Part shown: positions 27,953 through 37,903 of the stretch, piece by piece
Position numbering within the stretch: the first letter of the stretch is position 1
Layout of the letters: every line of letters starts with the position of its first letter
Assembly: GCA_038883775.1 (NCBI GenBank)
Contig: JAVZLM010000005.1
Location: 109,634-173,633, forward strand
Length of the DNA stretch: 64,000 nucleotides
Origin: Candidatus Bathyarchaeia archaeon
Lineage (GTDB): Archaea; Thermoproteota; Bathyarchaeia; Bathyarchaeales; Bathycorpusculaceae
Direction of reading: 5' to 3'
Notes under the pieces: model-generated
Told to the model about the DNA's origin: nothing
The model's database searches: none
Seen by the model: the letters and a program-made list of their open reading frames with translations, nothing else
Made by a program: the position numbers and the translations under genes

Positions 27953-28850
27953 AAGGCTTAAATCTGGACTGAAAGGACTCGTAAATAAGGTTACGACAAC
28001 AGAGCTTAAGGCTGAAAACCTCCGCTCGCTTCTTTCAGAATTCAAAATAAACCTTGTAGAAAATGATGTCGCCTTTCCAGTGGCTGAAAAAATATGCAAT
28101 GAAATGGAAAAACGCCTAGACGGCGTCCAAGTAAAAAGATTAGAAGATCGCAGAAAAATAGTGAAACAAAATCTTAGAGAAGTCCTCCTGGAAACACTGC
28201 TAACAAACAACAAAATCGATTTGTTAAGGACTGTGGAAGAAAAACGCAAGAAAGGCGAACCATTCGTCATAGTTTTCGTTGGAATAAACGGAACAGGAAA
28301 AACAACAACCATAGCCAAAGTCGCCAAATTCCTTAACAAAAAAGGCTATTCGGTTGTGCTTGCATGCAGCGACACTTACAGGGCTGGCTCAATAGAGCAG
28401 TTGGAGGAACATGCAAAACGTTTGGGAATGCGGATGATTAAGCACAAGTATGGTTCAGACCCCGCGGCTGTTGCCTATGACACCATAAACCACGCAAAAG
28501 CCCATGGAATAAATGTGGTTTTAATAGATACTGCTGGAAGAATGCAAACAAACAGAAACTTAATGGACGAGTTGGCAAAAATTAAACGCATCGCAAACCC
28601 AGACCTAACAATCCTTACAGTGGATTCGTTAACGGGCAATGATGCAGTTATGCAAGCAGAAGAATTCCATAAAAGCGTTGGAATAGATGCAACAATATTG
28701 ACAAAGGTTGATGCTGACATTAAGGGAGGTTCAGCCTTAAGCGTAACCTACGTAACCAAAAAACCTATCCTCTTCATTGGAACTGGACAAAAATATGATG
28801 ATTTAGAAGAGTTCAACCCAGAAAAATTTGTGCAGATGATAATTAAATAG
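27945..28850 (+). CDS. ftsY: SRP receptor FtsY
   Basis: GINGTGKTT, DTYRAG, DTAGR and TKVD. Confidence 0.97.
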   Translation: MFERLKSGLKGLVNKVTTTELKAENLRSLLSEFKINLVENDVAFPVAEKICNEMEKRLDGVQVKRLEDRRKIVKQNLREVLLETLLTNNKIDLLRTVEEKRKKGEPFVIVFVGINGTGKTTTIAKVAKFLNKKGYSVVLACSDTYRAGSIEQLEEHAKRLGMRMIKHKYGSDPAAVAYDTINHAKAHGINVVLIDTAGRMQTNRNLMDELAKIKRIANPDLTILTVDSLTGNDAVMQAEEFHKSVGIDATILTKVDADIKGGSALSVTYVTKKPILFIGTGQKYDDLEEFNPEKFVQMIIK

Positions 28851-28865
28851 TTGAGTTTATTCTCT

Positions 28866-29780
28866 CTAGTATTTTCCCAACAGTTTTAGCAGTATAGCCT
28901 TCGCAGAATAAAGCCTATTTTCACTTTGCTCGTAAATTATTGATTTTGGGCTTTCTATAACGTCTGGGCTTATTTCGTAGCCTCTATGGATTGGCATGTC
29001 ATGCATTATGTAAGCGCTGCTTTCCTTTAATAGCTCCATGTTTATTTGGTAGGGCATCATAATTTTGACGCGCTTCTCCTTTTCCGCAGCATATTTTGGG
29101 TCAAGGAAGAATTCCATGTCAACCCAAGTGTCTGTGTAAACAAAATCCGCATCTTTAACAGCCCTTTTAACGTCTAAGGTTGTTTCCCAAAGCCCAGTTT
29201 TCTTCGCATTTTCCAAAAGCTCCTCATCCCTTGATGGCTCGTTAAATATGGGCGTTACAGTGGTTATTTTTACGCCAGTTTTTGTGCATCCATCAATGAG
29301 CGAATTGCAGACATTGTTGTGGGCTCCTATGTAAACGAGTTTAACGCCTTTTAACTTGCCCTTCTTCTCTTTCATGGTCATTAAGTCGGCTATGGCTTGA
29401 CTTGGATGATATTTCTCATCGCATCCGTTAATTACTGGAACACGGGAAGCCTTAGCCATAACTTGCAAATCAGCATTTCGTAGCAATCTAGCCATTATGC
29501 AATCCACATTACGCGACAAATATTGCGTCTCATCGTAAACATCAGCCAAAGTGAAGTTTGATGTCCTCCAATCAATGTATAGGGCATGTCCACCAAGCTG
29601 GGTCATCGCCACTTCAAAAGAAACCCTTGTCCGCGTGGAAGTCTTCTGAAAAATCATAGCCAAAGACTTGCCAGCTAAAGCATTTTTATATTTTTCAGGG
29701 TTATGCTTAACTTCTATAGCCTTATCGATTATTGCTGTTAATTGTTGACCGGACAATTCTTTAAAATTGATTAGGTGCAT
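28866..29780 (-). CDS. argF: Ornithine carbamoyltransferase
   Basis: STRTR, HPSQ, YTDTWVDM and MHDMP (variant of HCLP). Confidence 0.9.
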   Translation of the reverse strand: MHLINFKELSGQQLTAIIDKAIEVKHNPEKYKNALAGKSLAMIFQKTSTRTRVSFEVAMTQLGGHALYIDWRTSNFTLADVYDETQYLSRNVDCIMARLLRNADLQVMAKASRVPVINGCDEKYHPSQAIADLMTMKEKKGKLKGVKLVYIGAHNNVCNSLIDGCTKTGVKITTVTPIFNEPSRDEELLENAKKTGLWETTLDVKRAVKDADFVYTDTWVDMEFFLDPKYAAEKEKRVKIMMPYQINMELLKESSAYIMHDMPIHRGYEISPDVIESPKSIIYEQSENRLYSAKAILLKLLGKY

Positions 29781-29883
29781 TTTAGCTGCCTCTTTAAACT
29801 TTAAGGCTTCAACTGATTTTAACTGTTATAAGCTTTATGGAAACCTTTTTCTTAACATCCAACATTTGAATTATAGAAACAGA

Positions 29884-30711
29884 ATGACAATTCTGATAGC
29901 AGCCTCAAACAAAGATGTGGCAAGCTTAAACATTAAAAGGCAAATTCTAAACTACTACAATTTTAATGAAAGTACTGAAAAATTTCAGCAGAATTCAATT
30001 TATATAGCCGAAATAGGTGGCAGAGAAGCCAAACTCGTAACGTTAAATGAAGAATTAGTAAGCGCACAAAACATAACTGATTTCTTTAAGGATTTAGAAC
30101 TTGTGGTTTTCATTTCTAGGCATAGCAGCGAAAGCGGCACCCCAACCCTTTCTGTACACACGCCTGGCAATTTGGGCGAAGCAGAATTGGGCGGACTTCC
30201 AAGAAGGGTTTCTGTTTCTCCGGCAAACGCCATGAGAAACGCTTTAAAGGCTTTAAAACAATTTAGGGATGAGATGCGTTTGGATTATGAAGTTTGTTAT
30301 GAATGCACCCATCATGGACCATCATTAAATGTGCCAACCATGTTCGTAGAGCTGGGAAGTTCGCCAAAACAATGGAGCGATTTGAAGGCGGCTGAAGCCG
30401 TTGCCCACGCAGCAATAAAAGCCGTATCCACTTTCGGTGAAGCTGAGGCTAAAGCAGTTTTAGGCATTGGTGGACCCCACTATAACTCAAAATTTACAAG
30501 AATGGCATTAGAGAGCGCAACAGCTTTTGGTCATATAATTCCAAAATATGCCATTCCATACGTGGATGCAGAGATTTTAAGGCAATGTGCAGAGAAAACT
30601 TTGGAAAAAGTTGAAAATGTAATCTTAGATTGGAAAGGAATAAAAGGCGAAAACAAAGCCAAACTTGTCGAAATGCTTCAGGAAATATGCGTTTCAATCC
30701 AAAAGGTTTAA
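29884..30711 (+). CDS. dtdA: D-aminoacyl-tRNA deacylase (GEK1/DTD2 type)
   Basis: SRHSS, HTPGN, ECTHHGP, FVELGS and GGPHY. Confidence 0.93.
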   Translation: MTILIAASNKDVASLNIKRQILNYYNFNESTEKFQQNSIYIAEIGGREAKLVTLNEELVSAQNITDFFKDLELVVFISRHSSESGTPTLSVHTPGNLGEAELGGLPRRVSVSPANAMRNALKALKQFRDEMRLDYEVCYECTHHGPSLNVPTMFVELGSSPKQWSDLKAAEAVAHAAIKAVSTFGEAEAKAVLGIGGPHYNSKFTRMALESATAFGHIIPKYAIPYVDAEILRQCAEKTLEKVENVILDWKGIKGENKAKLVEMLQEICVSIQKV

Positions 30712-30773
30712 TTCAAAAATTGATCTCTCAAAAACATAAAAACATTTTTCCTTACAATTATAGTGAATGGTTG

Positions 30774-31458
30774 ATGACCCAAAGAAAAGACTTCAGCAAG
30801 CCATCAAAAATTGCACAGTTTATAACAATATACCTTTATCCCTTAGTCATGACTGGTGCCTTAGTTGCCGCAGGATTACATTTCGTTAATTATGTAGAAT
30901 ACAGCGGACCATATAGCAGAACATATATGGAAAGACCGATAATCCTAAACAGTAGCCAAACCTTCACGTTTCATTTGTAACATACGTGAAAATCAATCTT
31001 ACCTAGGCACATTATTCTTTGAAGAAAACTATACATTTTGTTATCTGATGAAAACGGTTTCTAAACCTAAAACATTAACTAAATGGGAGATTGTAAGATT
31101 CACGTTATGGTTCGAAGTAAATGAATCTCTTGATGCATGGTTTGCAAGTTATGATCTGCAAGGAAATGTTATGGAAAACTTTCAATTTCATTCAGCTCCA
31201 GGTGTCTATTATCCCCTAACGGAGTATATTGAAGTCGCTCAGGCTGGAACATACAAGTTTGAACTGAAAAATTGCAATACACAAGATACACATGTTTTTC
31301 TGCACATTTACATAGAAGAGACGGTATTCGAGAAACCATACTTTTACTACGGCGTTTTGGGAATAACTATAGCCGTACTTTACCCCACTTTCTTATTTTT
31401 AGGGGTTTTGGTGCGAAGTTTAGTTTCGAAATTTAAGCGTAATAACCATTTAAAATAA
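30774..31458 (+). pseudogene. Frameshifted membrane-anchored protein (N- and C-terminal TM)
   Basis: First ORF ends QTFTFHL*. Deleting one T near 30969-30971 continues FICNIRENQSY... in frame into the 31048-31458 ORF. Confidence 0.6.
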
Positions 31459-31618
31459 GACTTAACAGTGGTCGTTTCAGAAAACCATTTGGAAGTTTAC
31501 ACAAAATTTCATTTATTTTTCGTTAGAGGAAAAAGTTAATAGAAAGGGTTTAAACACTTTATCAAAGTTATAGCAACGTTTATTATGTTAAAGTTGAAAT
31601 GTTGAGTGTGCGATTAAA

Positions 31619-31807
31619 ATGGGCTTAAGGTCATTCCTATCCCAAGCTGCAAGAACATTAAAGCTTGCAGTGAAACCAGGAAAAAGTGAGGTTTGGCTAT
31701 CATTGAAAATATGCTTTTTGGGCATAGGCGCCATTGGAATAATAGGATTCGTCATAAAACTTTTATCATCGATTCTGCAACCAGGCGGAACCGCCACAGC
31801 CACTTAA
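31619..31807 (+). CDS. secE: Protein translocase SecE/Sec61 gamma
   Basis: RTLKLAVKP..E....KI..LG...IG.IGF; upstream of spt5. Confidence 0.93.
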   Translation: MGLRSFLSQAARTLKLAVKPGKSEVWLSLKICFLGIGAIGIIGFVIKLLSSILQPGGTATAT

Positions 31808-31819
31808 GAAGGAAAAATT

Positions 31820-32305
31820 ATGGCAAAAAGCGAAGAGTTTTCCACAAAAATTTTTGCTGTAAAAACAACCACTGGGCAAGAGCGGAATGTGGCAAAATTG
31901 ATTACGGCGAGAATTGAAATGAACAATATACCAATAAAGGCAATTCTTGTCCCAGAAACCCTAAGGGGTTATGTTTTTGTGGAAGCGGAAGGACCCCACT
32001 TTGTAGAACAAGCCATAGCTGGCATAAGGCATGTGCGCTCAAGGGTTCCAGGAGTTGTAAACTTTTCAGAAATTGAAAGATACATTGTAAGAAAACCAGT
32101 GATTGAAGAGTTAAGCGAAAATGACATAGTGGAAGTGACAGGTGGACCCTTTAAGGGAATGCGAGCAAAAATAACACGCATAGACAAGAGCAAAGCGGAA
32201 GTAACCCTTGAACTTTTGGAGGCAACATTCACCTTGCCCATAACCGTGCATTCTGATTACGTTAAGCTTGTGGAGAAAACAAAAACCGAAGGTGGCGAAA
32301 AGTAA
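31820..32305 (+). CDS. spt5: Transcription elongation factor Spt5
   Basis: TTGQE, GYVFVEA and KOW motif GGPFKG. Confidence 0.97.
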   Translation: MAKSEEFSTKIFAVKTTTGQERNVAKLITARIEMNNIPIKAILVPETLRGYVFVEAEGPHFVEQAIAGIRHVRSRVPGVVNFSEIERYIVRKPVIEELSENDIVEVTGGPFKGMRAKITRIDKSKAEVTLELLEATFTLPITVHSDYVKLVEKTKTEGGEK

Positions 32306-32793
32306 TGGCTGAGAAAAAAGTTGTGGAATTACTTGTAAGCGGCGGACAAGCAACAGCAGGTCCGCCACTGGGTCCGGCTTTGGGTCCTTTAGGCGTTAAT
32401 GTTATGATGATTGTAAACAAGATTAATGAGCTTACAAAGGATTATGCTGGAATGAAGGTTCCAGTGAAAGTTTCTGTTGACCCAGAAACAAAAGAGTTCG
32501 AAGTGACTGTTGGAACACCCACCATGTCCGCCTTAATTGTTAGTGAATTAAAAATAGAGAAGGGTTCAGGAACGCCAAGCACACAAAAAGTTGGAAACTT
32601 AACCATGGAACAGGTTGTACGTATAGCAAAAATTAAACGTCCAGAGCTTTTAGCAAAAACTTTGAAGGCAGCCGCAAAAGAAGTTTTGGGAAGTTGCGTT
32701 AGCATGGGCGTCACAGTGGAAGGCAAAGATCCCCGGGAAGTGCAAAAGGAAATCGATGAAGGCAAATATGACAAACTTTTTAGTCAAGAATAG
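32305..32793 (+). CDS. rpl11: 50S ribosomal protein uL11
   Basis: [14 protein letters not shown] and GSCVSMGV. Confidence 0.98.
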   Translation: MAEKKVVELLVSGGQATAGPPLGPALGPLGVNVMMIVNKINELTKDYAGMKVPVKVSVDPETKEFEVTVGTPTMSALIVSELKIEKGSGTPSTQKVGNLTMEQVVRIAKIKRPELLAKTLKAAAKEVLGSCVSMGVTVEGKDPREVQKEIDEGKYDKLFSQE

Positions 32794-32850
32794 GAATGAG
32801 AATATTTTTATAATCCCATTCTATTCCCTCATTGGCACGAGGCTCAAAAA

Positions 32851-33501
32851 ATGCCACTGGACCAAAAAACAATACTGAATGCGGTTAAAGAGGCAAAAGA
32901 GAAATCCAAAAAAAGAAACTTCAACCAATCCATAGAGCTAGTTCTAAGCTTAAAAGACATTGACATGAAATCGTCAGAGGGCAAAATCCAAGAAATCATA
33001 GAACTACCATATTTGCCTGAGAAAACGAACAAAATATGTGTTATAGCTACTGGAGAATTAGCCCTCAAAGCCAGAAAAGCTAATGCAGACCTTGTTATTG
33101 AAAGGGCTGAGCTTGAGGGGTTGGCTGGAAACAAAAGGGAACTACGGAAAATTGCGAATAATTATGATTTCTTCATAGCCGAAGCCCCCCTAATGCCTAC
33201 TGTGGGCAAAGTTTTGGGTCCAGTTTTGGGTCCGAGGGGTAAAATGCCCATTCCAGTTCCGCCAACAGCTGATATTGCAAGTCTGATAGAAAAGCATCGA
33301 AAAACAGTCATTTTAAGAATGAGAAACCAACCAGTCCTCCAATGCCGTGTTGGAACAGAAAACATGAAAGAAGAGGAAATAGCCGAAAACATTCAGACAA
33401 TATTAAGGGTTGTGGAGGCAAAACTTAAAAGAGGAATAAAAAACATCAAGTCCACCTACATTAAAACATCTATGGGTCCACCAGTAAAAATTAAACCATA
33501 A
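32851..33501 (+). CDS. rpl1: 50S ribosomal protein uL1
   Basis: RNFNQSIEL, LGPRGKMP and KTSMGP. Confidence 0.98.
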   Translation: MPLDQKTILNAVKEAKEKSKKRNFNQSIELVLSLKDIDMKSSEGKIQEIIELPYLPEKTNKICVIATGELALKARKANADLVIERAELEGLAGNKRELRKIANNYDFFIAEAPLMPTVGKVLGPVLGPRGKMPIPVPPTADIASLIEKHRKTVILRMRNQPVLQCRVGTENMKEEEIAENIQTILRVVEAKLKRGIKNIKSTYIKTSMGPPVKIKP

Positions 33502-33516
33502 AAGAGGGGAAGACCA

Positions 33517-34401
33517 ATGCCATCCCAACAGATCTTGCAGCAAAAAATCAGCGAAGTGGAAGAGGTAACCCAACTAATAAAGCGACACAGAGCCATAGGA
33601 ATCGCAAGCCTCCAAAAAGTTAGGGCAAGCCAGCTACAAGAGTTCAAGAAAAATCTTTCAGACAAGGTTTACATGAGAGTAATAAAGAATACACTGATGA
33701 GAAAAGTCATTGAGAAATGCAAAGAAAAGCCGAACCTTGAAAAGCTCATGGAACACTTAGCGGGCTCAAACATTTTCCTATTCACAAATTTAAACCCGTT
33801 CAAATTGGCGTTAATTCTTGAAAAAGGAAAAGTTAGAACTACAGCGAAAGCAGGCGACATAGCCGCCTTTGACATCATAGTTCCAGCTGGAAACACTGGG
33901 CAACCGCCAGGACCAATAATTAGTCAATTGAACGCTGTGGGTTTGCCGACAAGGATTGAGTCTGGAAGCGTCTGGGTTAGCAAGGATACATTGGTGGCGA
34001 GAAAGGGCGACGTAATTGATGAAAGGCTTGCAAGTGTCTTGTCGAAGCTTGGAATAAAACCTGTTGAGGCCGGATTATCCATTAGGGTTATTTATGATGA
34101 TGGTTTGATAATAACCCAAGAACAGCTCAGAATAGACATAAAAGAAACCCAGCAAACCATCCAAAAAGCCCATGCGGATGCCTTTGCTCTTTCAATAAGC
34201 TGCGCTTATCCAACACCAGAAAACACTGTAACCCTTTTGCAGGTAGCTCATCAAGAAGCCTATGCGCTTTCAATTAATGCTGCCATCCCCACAAAGAATA
34301 CAATAGCAGACTTGATTAGAAGGGCGTATATGGAAATGTTAAATTTAAGTAGTAGACTGCCTAATTTAGAGGGAAAAGTCGCATCAATTGAAAAAGGTTA
34401 A
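33517..34401 (+). CDS. rpl10: 50S ribosomal protein uL10 (P0)
   Basis: KNTL, AKAGDIA and GNTGQPPGP. Confidence 0.97.
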   Translation: MPSQQILQQKISEVEEVTQLIKRHRAIGIASLQKVRASQLQEFKKNLSDKVYMRVIKNTLMRKVIEKCKEKPNLEKLMEHLAGSNIFLFTNLNPFKLALILEKGKVRTTAKAGDIAAFDIIVPAGNTGQPPGPIISQLNAVGLPTRIESGSVWVSKDTLVARKGDVIDERLASVLSKLGIKPVEAGLSIRVIYDDGLIITQEQLRIDIKETQQTIQKAHADAFALSISCAYPTPENTVTLLQVAHQEAYALSINAAIPTKNTIADLIRRAYMEMLNLSSRLPNLEGKVASIEKG

Positions 34402-34428
34402 AATATTAGAATGAAGAGGTGAAAAGGT

Positions 34429-34755
34429 ATGGAATACATTTACGCCGCCATGCTCCTTCACAAAGCTGGAAAAGAAATAAACGAAGAAAACCTTACACAG
34501 GTTTTGACAGCAGCAGGCATAAACGTCGATACAATCCGCGTAAAAGCTTTAGTGGCTTCCTTAGCCGAAGTCAACATTGACGACGCCATCAAAACCGCAC
34601 CAACAATGATGGCTGCACCAGTTGCCGCTGCGCCCGCATCAGCAACGCCAGCAGCAGAAGCTAAGCCAAAGGAAGAAGAGAAGAAAAAGAAGGAAGAGGA
34701 AGAGAAAGCAAAAGAAGAAGCAGCGTTGGAAGGCTTAGGCGCACTATTCGGTTAG
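34429..34755 (+). CDS. rpl12: 50S ribosomal stalk protein P1 (aL12)
   Basis: [11 protein letters not shown], Ala-rich hinge and EGLGALFG C-terminus. Confidence 0.98.
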   Translation: MEYIYAAMLLHKAGKEINEENLTQVLTAAGINVDTIRVKALVASLAEVNIDDAIKTAPTMMAAPVAAAPASATPAAEAKPKEEEKKKKEEEEKAKEEAALEGLGALFG

Positions 34756-34792
34756 AGAATTGCCCATTTCTTTTACCGTCTTAAAAGGCTGT

Positions 34793-35791
34793 TTAACGCT
34801 TACGTTTTAGGCTTTTCCATAAAATAAACGGTATCCATCCACAAATAATCATTAAAGTTCCTGGAAAAGCCCCAGGGCGATAATTTAACAGAAAAGCCTC
34901 AAATATAAAGAAGGATGCGCCCATCCCTATGGCGGATAAAACTGCAACTTCTTTCCCAAATTTTTTCAAAGTTTGCAAAGCTAAGAGCCCAGCGAAGAAG
35001 AAGTCGCCCAAACCCAAGGACATGTAAACTTTGCCAAGCTCTGTTGCAATTTCCGGAACAGTCGGCAAAGTAATCAAAACTGGAAGTCTTAAACCCGAAA
35101 CATGCGTTGCCGCGGAAACCATGGCGCCGCTAAACAAAACGAGAATTATGTCCATAAAGGTGAGGGCTCCAGCGAAAAATATGGTTATTTTCCACGTGAA
35201 AAGGCTTCCCAAATAAAGTATTATCAAAACTGCAAAGACTATTCCATACAAATTCAGCAAATACGGAAACCATATAGGGGTTCTGCTGAAAAATATGTAT
35301 AGGCTTATGAACAAGGCTGGAGGTAAAACGGCCAAATACCATCTCTCCTTTGCACTAACTCGGCTTTCTTCGTAAAGCAAGGCTAGAAAAGCGAAAGTGA
35401 ATAGTCCGAAAAAGGTTAAGGCTGCATAAACCGCTATGCTGTTTCCAATGAAAATAAAGAGGCTTGCCGAGCCTATCCAAAAGGTAACAGTGAGAAATGC
35501 TATGCAGAAGAGTTTGGCTCCAAATTTTTGAAAGTTCGAGAAAATGTAGGTAAAAGTAAAGAGAAGCGTAGAATAGGCGAAAAGGAACACTATCATAACA
35601 GCCATTTGAGGAATGAAAACGATAAGCCAAACAGTAACGCTGATTGCGCCTATAAGCAGAAGAGCATCCAAAAAACCAAACTTTCTCTCTTCAAAAACGC
35701 CTTTTAGTTTTCCCTCAACCTTATCATTTAACAACATTGCTACAAGAGTAACAGCGAAAAGCGTTAATGGCATGGCAAAGTCGAAATACAT
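34793..35791 (-). CDS. Presenilin/SPP-like GxGD intramembrane aspartyl protease
   Basis: Multi-TM protein with TFMDIILV..SGAMV, SLGLGDFFF and a PAL-equivalent FPGT. Confidence 0.75.
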   Translation of the reverse strand: MYFDFAMPLTLFAVTLVAMLLNDKVEGKLKGVFEERKFGFLDALLLIGAISVTVWLIVFIPQMAVMIVFLFAYSTLLFTFTYIFSNFQKFGAKLFCIAFLTVTFWIGSASLFIFIGNSIAVYAALTFFGLFTFAFLALLYEESRVSAKERWYLAVLPPALFISLYIFFSRTPIWFPYLLNLYGIVFAVLIILYLGSLFTWKITIFFAGALTFMDIILVLFSGAMVSAATHVSGLRLPVLITLPTVPEIATELGKVYMSLGLGDFFFAGLLALQTLKKFGKEVAVLSAIGMGASFFIFEAFLLNYRPGAFPGTLMIICGWIPFILWKSLKRKR

Positions 35792-35823
35792 ACAAGCACA
35801 ATAGACGAACAAACATTTAAACA

Positions 35824-36678
35824 TTAAAAGCCAAAATGCACATTGAAAACGGCTAAAGAAGCGATAAGCGCTTCTTCGGTTCGAACGGTTTCCGTTCCCT
35901 GCATTGGAATAGTATTAACGACAAAGTCCACAATCGCGTTCAAGTTTAATCCTTCCTTTTTGGCTATTTCATACAATCCCTGCGTTGGAGCCCCAAAGGC
36001 TAAAAGAATCTTGCCAGCCTTTTTCCATCTTTCAGACAATTTTTCGGCAACCTCCGCCAATGAAGCGCCATATTTGGATGTGGCGATAGTTAAGTCAAAG
36101 CCTCCACGTTTTAAAAGAAAACCGAAAGATTTGGGTTCAACTGTAACCGCGTAACCCCAATACTCTGCTACTTCATTGCGACTTGTCAGTTCCACCTCAA
36201 CCTCCTTTTCAATTTTTGCGATTTTTACGGTAACCCGTTTTTGTATGGGTAACTGCTTATTTACTAATAATGCTGGCTGCTCCACTCCAATATCAATTAA
36301 TGTGCCTTCCCTAGTTTTTGATGCGGTTACACCTTCTCTGTATTCGCCGACCTTCAGATTTTCGACTTTACGATTTAGTGGATGATGGGGGGTTCGAAGG
36401 GGTGGAAGAATTCCAGCATAACGCAGTTCTGGTTTAAGTCTGAAAAGGCTTTTTCGAAGATACTGAGGCGTTTCCATGTAAGAAAGTAATGTAGCAATCA
36501 AATTAATTTCGCTTTTCTGGTTAACCTCCGCATCGTCTGGATAAATTATAATTTCATCAACTCTGAAAATTGCCGCTGCTCGCCCAATCAAACCTATTTT
36601 TGCTGTTTTCTCACGTAAGTGGGGCGTGTCTGAAACAACAGAGGCTGGTATGGCTATGGAAACTTTTTTCTTTGGCAA
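35824..36678 (-). CDS. SPOUT RNA methyltransferase (MTH1/C9orf114-like)
   Basis: RAAAIFRVDEI, ETPQYLRK, LPPLRTPHH and QGTETVRTEEA. Confidence 0.93.
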   Translation of the reverse strand: MPKKKVSIAIPASVVSDTPHLREKTAKIGLIGRAAAIFRVDEIIIYPDDAEVNQKSEINLIATLLSYMETPQYLRKSLFRLKPELRYAGILPPLRTPHHPLNRKVENLKVGEYREGVTASKTREGTLIDIGVEQPALLVNKQLPIQKRVTVKIAKIEKEVEVELTSRNEVAEYWGYAVTVEPKSFGFLLKRGGFDLTIATSKYGASLAEVAEKLSERWKKAGKILLAFGAPTQGLYEIAKKEGLNLNAIVDFVVNTIPMQGTETVRTEEALIASLAVFNVHFGF

Positions 36679-36763
36679 ATTAACCCTTCGCCTTCGCTTT
36701 TCAAAACGCTTTTCGCAAATAAAAGCTTAAAATGCCAAATCAAAAGCATAGTATAGAACTAGT

Positions 36764-37894
36764 GTGTTAAAATTGTCGAAAACAAACATTTTAGACGATA
36801 CTGCCAGAATTAGGAAAATCGACAAAAGCAACATGCTATCCTTTTGCGTCGACGCCCCAAAACATTATGAAGAAGCTGTAAAAATCGCAAGAAAATCCTC
36901 GATTGGCTACTTAAAACCTCAGAAAATTATTGTAGCGGGCATGGGTGGCTCTGCCATTGGTGGAGAACTTGTAAAAGATTGGGCGAGGGATAAAGCGCTT
37001 GTTCCTATAGAGGTTGAGAGGGAATATTCCCTGCCAGCCTATGCAGACAAAAATACGCTAGTATTTGTTGTGAGCTATTCTGGAGAAACTGAGGAAACTT
37101 TAAGCGTTTTTCTTGACGCAATTAGGCGAGGCTGCATGGTTGTTTGTGTAAGTTCTGGAGGAAAACTGTTAGAGTTTGCTGAAAAATTTGGCTTGCCATA
37201 CATTCGCATTCCTTCTGGAATGCCTCCTCGGACAGCCCTCCCTTATCTTTTCATGCCTTTGCTTATAAGTTTGGAAAAAATTGGTTTAGTTTCAAATGTC
37301 AACACAGAAGTTGCTGAGGCTATTAAGGTTCTGGAAAAAGTTAGTAGTGAGAACATGTCTGAAAAACCGTTAAGCATTAATTTTTCGAAGGCTTTGGCAT
37401 TAAAAGTTAACGGGACTGTTCCAGTTGTTTATGGGTTTGGGTTTTATCGGGCTGTTGCTCAACGTTTCAAACAACAGTTCAATGAAAACAGTAAAATCCC
37501 AGCAAAATGGGAGATTTTGCCAGAGCTTAATCACAATGAAATTGTGGGTTGGGAAAGGGCGGGGAAAATGGCGAAAAATTTTTCGGCATTTTTCCTTCGA
37601 GACAAGGATGAACCTAAAGAAATTCGAGATAGAATTGAAGCCACTAAAGAGTTAATGCGCAAAGTGTGCAAAGAAAAAGTGAAGATTTTTGAAGTTTGGA
37701 GCAGTGGCGAAAGTATGTTGGCAAAAATGTTGTCAACCATCTGCATAGGAGACTTCACAAGTGTTTATTTGGCTTTACTGCGAAAAGTAGATCCAACGCC
37801 AGTGAAGACCATCGCCATGTTAAAAGAGAAGATGAAGCAGAGCGGAATGAAGGAGAAAATATTAAGGGAACTGGAAAAAATGGTAGATAAATAA
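36764..37894 (+). CDS. Bifunctional phosphoglucose/phosphomannose isomerase
   Basis: GMGGSAIGG, SYSGETEET, NENSK and ELNHNE. Confidence 0.93.
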   Translation: MLKLSKTNILDDTARIRKIDKSNMLSFCVDAPKHYEEAVKIARKSSIGYLKPQKIIVAGMGGSAIGGELVKDWARDKALVPIEVEREYSLPAYADKNTLVFVVSYSGETEETLSVFLDAIRRGCMVVCVSSGGKLLEFAEKFGLPYIRIPSGMPPRTALPYLFMPLLISLEKIGLVSNVNTEVAEAIKVLEKVSSENMSEKPLSINFSKALALKVNGTVPVVYGFGFYRAVAQRFKQQFNENSKIPAKWEILPELNHNEIVGWERAGKMAKNFSAFFLRDKDEPKEIRDRIEATKELMRKVCKEKVKIFEVWSSGESMLAKMLSTICIGDFTSVYLALLRKVDPTPVKTIAMLKEKMKQSGMKEKILRELEKMVDK

Positions 37895-37903
37895 ATTCGT
37901 CAA

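Noticed and set aside
33210-33235. Tandem AGTTTTGGGTCC x2 in rpl1
   Set aside because: It encodes the normal VLGPVLGP sequence of uL1.
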